DNA of 64,000 nt from Rhodothermia bacterium (GTDB lineage: Bacteria; Bacteroidota; Rhodothermia; Rhodothermales; UBA2364): the NCBI GenBank assembly GCA_017303715.1, contig JAFLBZ010000011.1:36375-100374 (forward strand). The letters run 5' to 3'. The notes under the pieces were generated by a model. The model was not told the origin of the DNA and did not search any database. It worked only from the letters and a program-made list of their open reading frames with translations. The stretch's first letter is position 1; each line of letters starts with the position of its first letter. The translations under genes were made by a program, and so were the position numbers. Of the stretch, positions 60,601 to 64,000 are shown piece after piece.

Positions 60601-60842
60601 GTACGCAACTTCGCTTCGAGACCAAGAGAAATGCTAAAATATATGCCGCAGAAGCCCCCGATGGCATTGAACCCGCAACGCCTGCCGGAAAAACACTCTT
60701 TCGGTATAGTGAAAACAACATCAGTGCGGGAATCGGTGAAAAAGGTAGAACAGTGCTGTTGGGCTTCCCGTTCGAGGTCATCACCGATGAAAATACTCGC
60801 AACCTGCTTATGAAGGCCGTTTTACAATGGCTGGGGCTGTAA
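57681..60842 (+). CDS. Large lipoprotein: MurNAc-LAA (amidase_3)-like core with an inserted carbohydrate-binding-like domain, FN3 domain and C-terminal alpha/beta domain
   Basis: 1053 aa. Lipobox LGLTACSGS. Amidase_3-like strings LENAGAHVLLPRERD, LSLAFHTDAG and PAALLELLSHQN. The segment SGMYAVYVAYQS...GGTWVYLGTFQFDAG resembles golvesin-C-like domains. The FN3-like segment is RVKLEGANALLSWQP...YAFKVAGVN. The start could be an internal Met. Confidence 0.7.
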   Translation: MTYFEVVHAPKNIHCPYMEQIKQMMTPLLNKIAQKNKNTYHRTFVFLLCLGLTACSGSKNQSTLPPETSPIATKSPQEKEVLKSNFQLAKEGIQEKLTMIMTMPQLAKRAALWKMDSLVVHDEKRVIELKMNDGMGYVPYREEQVERIYSAFKTVLTPIYPEYDVQITVLGQPLQELIPNIYRNQTPKDASRLPKNDLRGRPIVQNTSRIHQPEQGLFNRNIALWHSHGWYYEQKLNRWEWQRARSFLTVEDLLPLQFVLPYVVPMLENAGAHVLLPRERDPNPNEVVTDNNGIWSNAANNKSVYKEHGRWSNGGAGFAMGQPPYPEGVNPFQLGSYRTATTAIKPNAQATWTPDVPESGMYAVYVAYQSLPQSIEDAHYTVEHAGGKTSFLVNQKIGGGTWVYLGTFQFDAGQRGRISLTNQSNESGQLVTADAIRLGGGMGLALRNGTTSGRPKYVEGARYWLQYAGMPDSLVYNVSPPKDDDYRDDFQSRGEWVNYLRGAPFGPNKNRSAKGLGIPIDLSLAFHTDAGLTTNANVIGTLLIYSSKTSGNSTIFPDGQSRFANRDFADILQTQLTADLRTRYDSVWTRREIWDKDYSEAFRPNVPAALLELLSHQNFQDQKFAQDPRYRFDVGRAIYKAILRFLAGQYGYDPVVQPLPPSHFRVKLEGANALLSWQPVTDPLENTALPDQYRVYMRKGDGGWDNGTLVSGTQYRTENLEANIVYAFKVAGVNQGGEGFPTEVLAVGRTQNTTPTVLLVNAFDRVSPPHIFNEGKLSGFAHWEDEGVPDGITYGFTGDQYNFETASVWSDDDAPGHGASHANYEGKPIAGNTKDFTRLHGKALLAAGYTFDSTSDEAVMDDASLLLGYKAANLVMGEEKETPWPKPNGTNPPIAPMYKAFPVPLQKNLTAYLEQGGKIFASGAYIGTDLVKGKSSTHPDFAFAKNTLRMTWRTDHAATTGQVYSTETSFLPSGTQLRFETKRNAKIYAAEAPDGIEPATPAGKTLFRYSENNISAGIGEKGRTVLLGFPFEVITDENTRNLLMKAVLQWLGL

Positions 60843-61234
60843 TTATGCGATGCGTTAAGCATAACCTGATATTTTTGATGTTCAACTCCGCTCGTGTCAA
60901 TAATTTTCAAGGCCACGTGCTTAAAACCCATGTTTTAGCTTGGGGTTAAAAGCAACAGTCACCACAAGCAGCTTTAGCCCTGAAGCGCGGGCAGGAAAGC
61001 CATTTTAGGGGTTGTAAAAAGCCATCCTAAAGAAAAAAATAAACGATAACACTTTTTACATAACCCCGACATCTTCTACCTACAATCCGGTACTTGAGCC
61101 TATCGAAAGCCGATTCCTTAAAATGTATCTAAGAAGAAATAAGACTAATTTGAAAGAACTAACCTGTTTAATAACAATAATTTTAGAATCTACAATTCAC
61201 GTTAATCATAAATTTGATTTGGACAAAGGTCACC

Positions 61235-61264
61235 AAAAAAGGGTTGTCAGTTTCCCAACAACCC
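61235..61264 (-). terminator. Intrinsic terminator of the M28 peptidase gene
   Basis: Minus strand reads GGGTTGT-tgggaaactg-ACAACCC followed by T6. Confidence 0.65.
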
Positions 61265-61289
61265 CGCTAAATTCAGTGAACGTGGCAGA

Positions 61290-63074
61290 TCAATTAAAGC
61301 CTGTTCCCGAGACTGCCGGACGTGCATCTTGATTGGCAACTTGCCAAGTAGTTGCAAAAATCATGCGTCCGATATCGGCCATTCGTTTGTATTCAATTTT
61401 TTCCGCCTCATCTTCCAAGCCGTGATAGTCTTCATGTGTTCCTGTGAAAAAGAAGATGAACGGTATATTGTGCTTGCCAAAATTCCAATGGTCAGAGCGG
61501 CGATAAAATTGGTTTGGATCGTTTTTGTCGTTAAACCGCTCTGAAAGCACCAAATTGGTTCCGGTAAGTTTATTCACTTGGGCATTCAGGTCGTGCAATT
61601 CCTGCGAGATGAGTTTAGAGCCAATAATATAGACATAGTTTTTTTCGTCCTTCACCGGATGGGTTGGATCAAAGCGTCCTACCATGTCTATGTTTAAATT
61701 GGTAACAATTTTATTTAGGGGAACCGCTGGCTCCTTATCTGCAAAATACTCCGATCCAAAAAGACCTTTTTCTTCCCCTGAGACATTCAGGAAAATAATA
61801 GACCGGCGGGGGCGATACCCATCTGCGGCGGCACGAGCAAATGCCTCTGCAATGGCAATCGTGGTAACGGTTCCCGATCCATCATCATCTGCACCATTAT
61901 AGATATTGTCGCCTTCTTTGGTTGGATCCCATCCTACGTGGTCTAAGTGGCTGGAAACCACCACATATTCATCTTTCAAGTCTGTACCCTCAATCATGGC
62001 CACCACATTTTCGGTTTCGGCCAATCGGGTTTGATTTTCCACTTTACCTTTTAATTTTGCGTTAGTCAGTTCAAACACAACTGGTTTTAGCGAACCGTCA
62101 ATCTCGGCACGAAGGCCCTCGGCTGTTTTGCCTGACGAAGCCAATAATTGATTCGCAAGAGCCGTAGAAATATGTGCAAATGGCGGTATTCTTCGTCCAC
62201 CACCTCCAGCTTGACCGTCAACAGGTAAGCGAAGTTGTCCCACTTTGCTGCCCAATGCACTGGCTTGTTGTTGTACATAAGCCCCAAATTCAGCACGATC
62301 CGAGACAATAAGGAAACCAAGCGGCTGGCCTCCAGAGAATGCCGGCGTCATTTTACTCCACCATTGATTACTCCATTTGGTGGTTTTCCCGTCGGCAGAG
62401 AGCAAGCTCTTCCCATCTTTCATCGGCTCTTTGTCAAAGATCATGAGCCACTTACCAGCCCAAGAAATATTGGCCGATTTGAGGGCCGCATAATCATCAT
62501 ATTTACCATCTTCTTTGATGCCATAACCAGCAAATACAACTCCACCCTCAGCCTCCACAGCGGATCCCATTTGCAGGAATACGTTGCCATCCGGACCGGT
62601 GGCGCTGTATTGTGCTTTTAAATCTTTACCGCCGATATTGCCGCTTAACTCAAAAGATTTTAGTTTTTCTTCATTGAGCTTATAGGGTTGGAAGTAAGCA
62701 CGGGGGTCGCGGGCATCGGTCACGCCACTCGTTCCTTTTGGTGGAATGCCCATCCGCTGATACTGTGATGCCAACCAAGCTGCTGCCATGCGCTGTCCAG
62801 GAGCAGTGGTCTCGCGGCCTTGGAAGAAGTCGGAGGCATAGAAATAAAGGTGCGAGGCCAGTATTTCGGGCGTGATATAGCCTTGGTACTTCTTCACCAA
62901 TGCAGGGCTTTGGGTTACAGAAGGCGTTTTGTTACCCGGTTTGGGCAAGTTTTCTTTCGGAATATTCACCCGAACCTGATCGCCGGGCTTGTTCTTGCCT
63001 CTGTTCTGTGCAAACAACGCCGAGGCAGATGTCAGCACCAAGACGGCTACTAAGAGAAGTTTTAAACGGTTCAT
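61290..63074 (-). CDS. M28-family aminopeptidase with PA domain
   Basis: The internal ATG gives signal peptide MNRLKLLLVAVLVLTSASALFAQ. Zinc-ligand motifs SHLDHVG, GADDDGSGT, GEEKGLFGS and GTHEDYH. Confidence 0.9.
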   Translation of the reverse strand: MNRLKLLLVAVLVLTSASALFAQNRGKNKPGDQVRVNIPKENLPKPGNKTPSVTQSPALVKKYQGYITPEILASHLYFYASDFFQGRETTAPGQRMAAAWLASQYQRMGIPPKGTSGVTDARDPRAYFQPYKLNEEKLKSFELSGNIGGKDLKAQYSATGPDGNVFLQMGSAVEAEGGVVFAGYGIKEDGKYDDYAALKSANISWAGKWLMIFDKEPMKDGKSLLSADGKTTKWSNQWWSKMTPAFSGGQPLGFLIVSDRAEFGAYVQQQASALGSKVGQLRLPVDGQAGGGGRRIPPFAHISTALANQLLASSGKTAEGLRAEIDGSLKPVVFELTNAKLKGKVENQTRLAETENVVAMIEGTDLKDEYVVVSSHLDHVGWDPTKEGDNIYNGADDDGSGTVTTIAIAEAFARAAADGYRPRRSIIFLNVSGEEKGLFGSEYFADKEPAVPLNKIVTNLNIDMVGRFDPTHPVKDEKNYVYIIGSKLISQELHDLNAQVNKLTGTNLVLSERFNDKNDPNQFYRRSDHWNFGKHNIPFIFFFTGTHEDYHGLEDEAEKIEYKRMADIGRMIFATTWQVANQDARPAVSGTGFN

Positions 63075-63262
63075 AAAGGTTTTGTGGGATTGTAGAAAAA
63101 AGTAACACAAGCAAGACGTTTGCGGGTGTCGTTCGGTTTCAGGAAGATTGAAAGAGCTGACATAACGCAGTTCTACATTTAGACCAAATATTTTTGTTTT
63201 CAGGACTTATCTAAACTAAGGCGTTTTCTACACACATAAACAGCTAAGCAGAAGCAGAAAAC

Positions 63263-63289
63263 AAAAAAGGCGCTCCTCTACGGAACGCC
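63263..63289 (-). terminator. Intrinsic terminator
   Basis: Minus strand reads GGCGTTCC-gtaga-GGAGCGCC (8-bp stem) followed by T6. Confidence 0.7.
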
Positions 63290-63334
63290 CAAAGTACAAA
63301 AGATTGGCCAAAAAATCCAAAGATCACACACGGA

Positions 63335-64000
63335 TTACCAAGTGGGGACTTGGTTTTTTTTGATATTGCCATTGCCTTTGATCAGATAGGTAGAAGAATG
63401 GTTCATGTTGTCTTTTCCGGATTGCCCATTTTGCCACTCACTGTTTGCAAGCCATTGATCGGTAAAGTAATCTTTCGCACAGTCGTGGTCTCCTAAGACC
63501 GTCTTGCCAAATGGGCAGCCGCCCCATTCATTTTTACTCGCCACTGCATCGGCCAAGATGTACGCTTGGCTGGCGGTACGGGATAGCGCGGTATCGGCTT
63601 CATCACGCGCCGTTTTTGCGGTCTCGTTATCGTTCCATTCTTTCGCAAACTTCTCGAATTGGTTGGGATAGAAGTTTACGTAGCGTGGTGCAACCACCGT
63701 TTTAGCCCCAATGGACTGCCATTCATCTGCCCATGTATTGCCATAACAAGCCACGGTAAAAACCATGCGTATGGGCAAGTTAGTACGTCCAGCATAAGAA
63801 GGAAGCCCTGTAATATCCGAGGTAGAAAAGGTGGAATTGCTGCCATACGTTCCCGTACTTGCACGAAACCCACTGGTAGAACCATGCGAGAAAATCCAAA
63901 GGTCAATGACATAGCCTTTTTCTGAAAGGTCTTTTAATTGGTCTTTCAAATTGGTTTCGGTGGGTGTTTTCTTAATATCAGCCAATTTTTCGTCTTTTTC
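63335..64000 (-). CDS. Hypothetical protein, 5' end runs off the window; possible clan-CD-like His/Cys dyad
   Basis: The frame stays open to position 64000 (EKDEKLADIKK...). IDLWIFSHGS and MVFTVACYG lie 46 residues apart. No family recognised. Confidence 0.55.
   Translation of the reverse strand, partial: EKDEKLADIKKTPTETNLKDQLKDLSEKGYVIDLWIFSHGSTSGFRASTGTYGSNSTFSTSDITGLPSYAGRTNLPIRMVFTVACYGNTWADEWQSIGAKTVVAPRYVNFYPNQFEKFAKEWNDNETAKTARDEADTALSRTASQAYILADAVASKNEWGGCPFGKTVLGDHDCAKDYFTDQWLANSEWQNGQSGKDNMNHSSTYLIKGNGNIKKNQVPTW

Noticed and set aside
1-64000. Looked for CRISPR arrays, tRNA/rRNA genes, integrases, reverse transcriptases, restriction-modification or other defence gene signatures, and toxin-antitoxin pairs.
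   Set aside because: None was found. There are no spaced direct-repeat arrays, no T-loop GGTTCGAATCC-type strings in a cloverleaf context, and no ORFs with the corresponding catalytic motifs.

Overview
A 64-kb chromosomal segment that looks like an FCB-group bacterium (Bacteroidota/Rhodothermota-like). The lineage call rests on a T9SS C-terminal sorting domain, DUF5683 directly after parAB, DUF4920/DUF3817/DUF3298 proteins, and many lipoproteins. Most of the window is densely packed housekeeping: aspC-like aminotransferase, parA-parB, valS, ribD, metH, comM/yifB, mnmA, tkt, accC, GH13 alpha-glucosidase and a natAB-type ABC exporter. Accessory or unusual parts are listed here. (1) A translationally coupled six-gene amino-sugar/nonulosonate-like cluster at 10.1-15.8 kb, followed by an AT-rich block carrying a methyltransferase, a lipoprotein and a metzincin-like protease. 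(2) A visibly AT-rich arsRBC (ACR3) cassette next to a decayed IS66-family transposase relic, between metH and a TPR gene (35.5-39.2 kb). (3) Two very large envelope proteins with uncommon domain combinations (51.0-54.4 kb and 57.7-60.8 kb). (4) A roughly 240-nt, G-poor, CCACC-rich unit bounded by two terminators between yceI and valS, which I consider the best candidate for an undescribed small RNA or micro-protein. I found no rRNA, tRNA, CRISPR array, intact mobile element or recognisable defence system. All functional calls come from motif and family recognition by eye in the supplied translations; no database search or folding program was run. Several ORF-track starts were trimmed to internal ATGs that give canonical N-termini or signal peptides.
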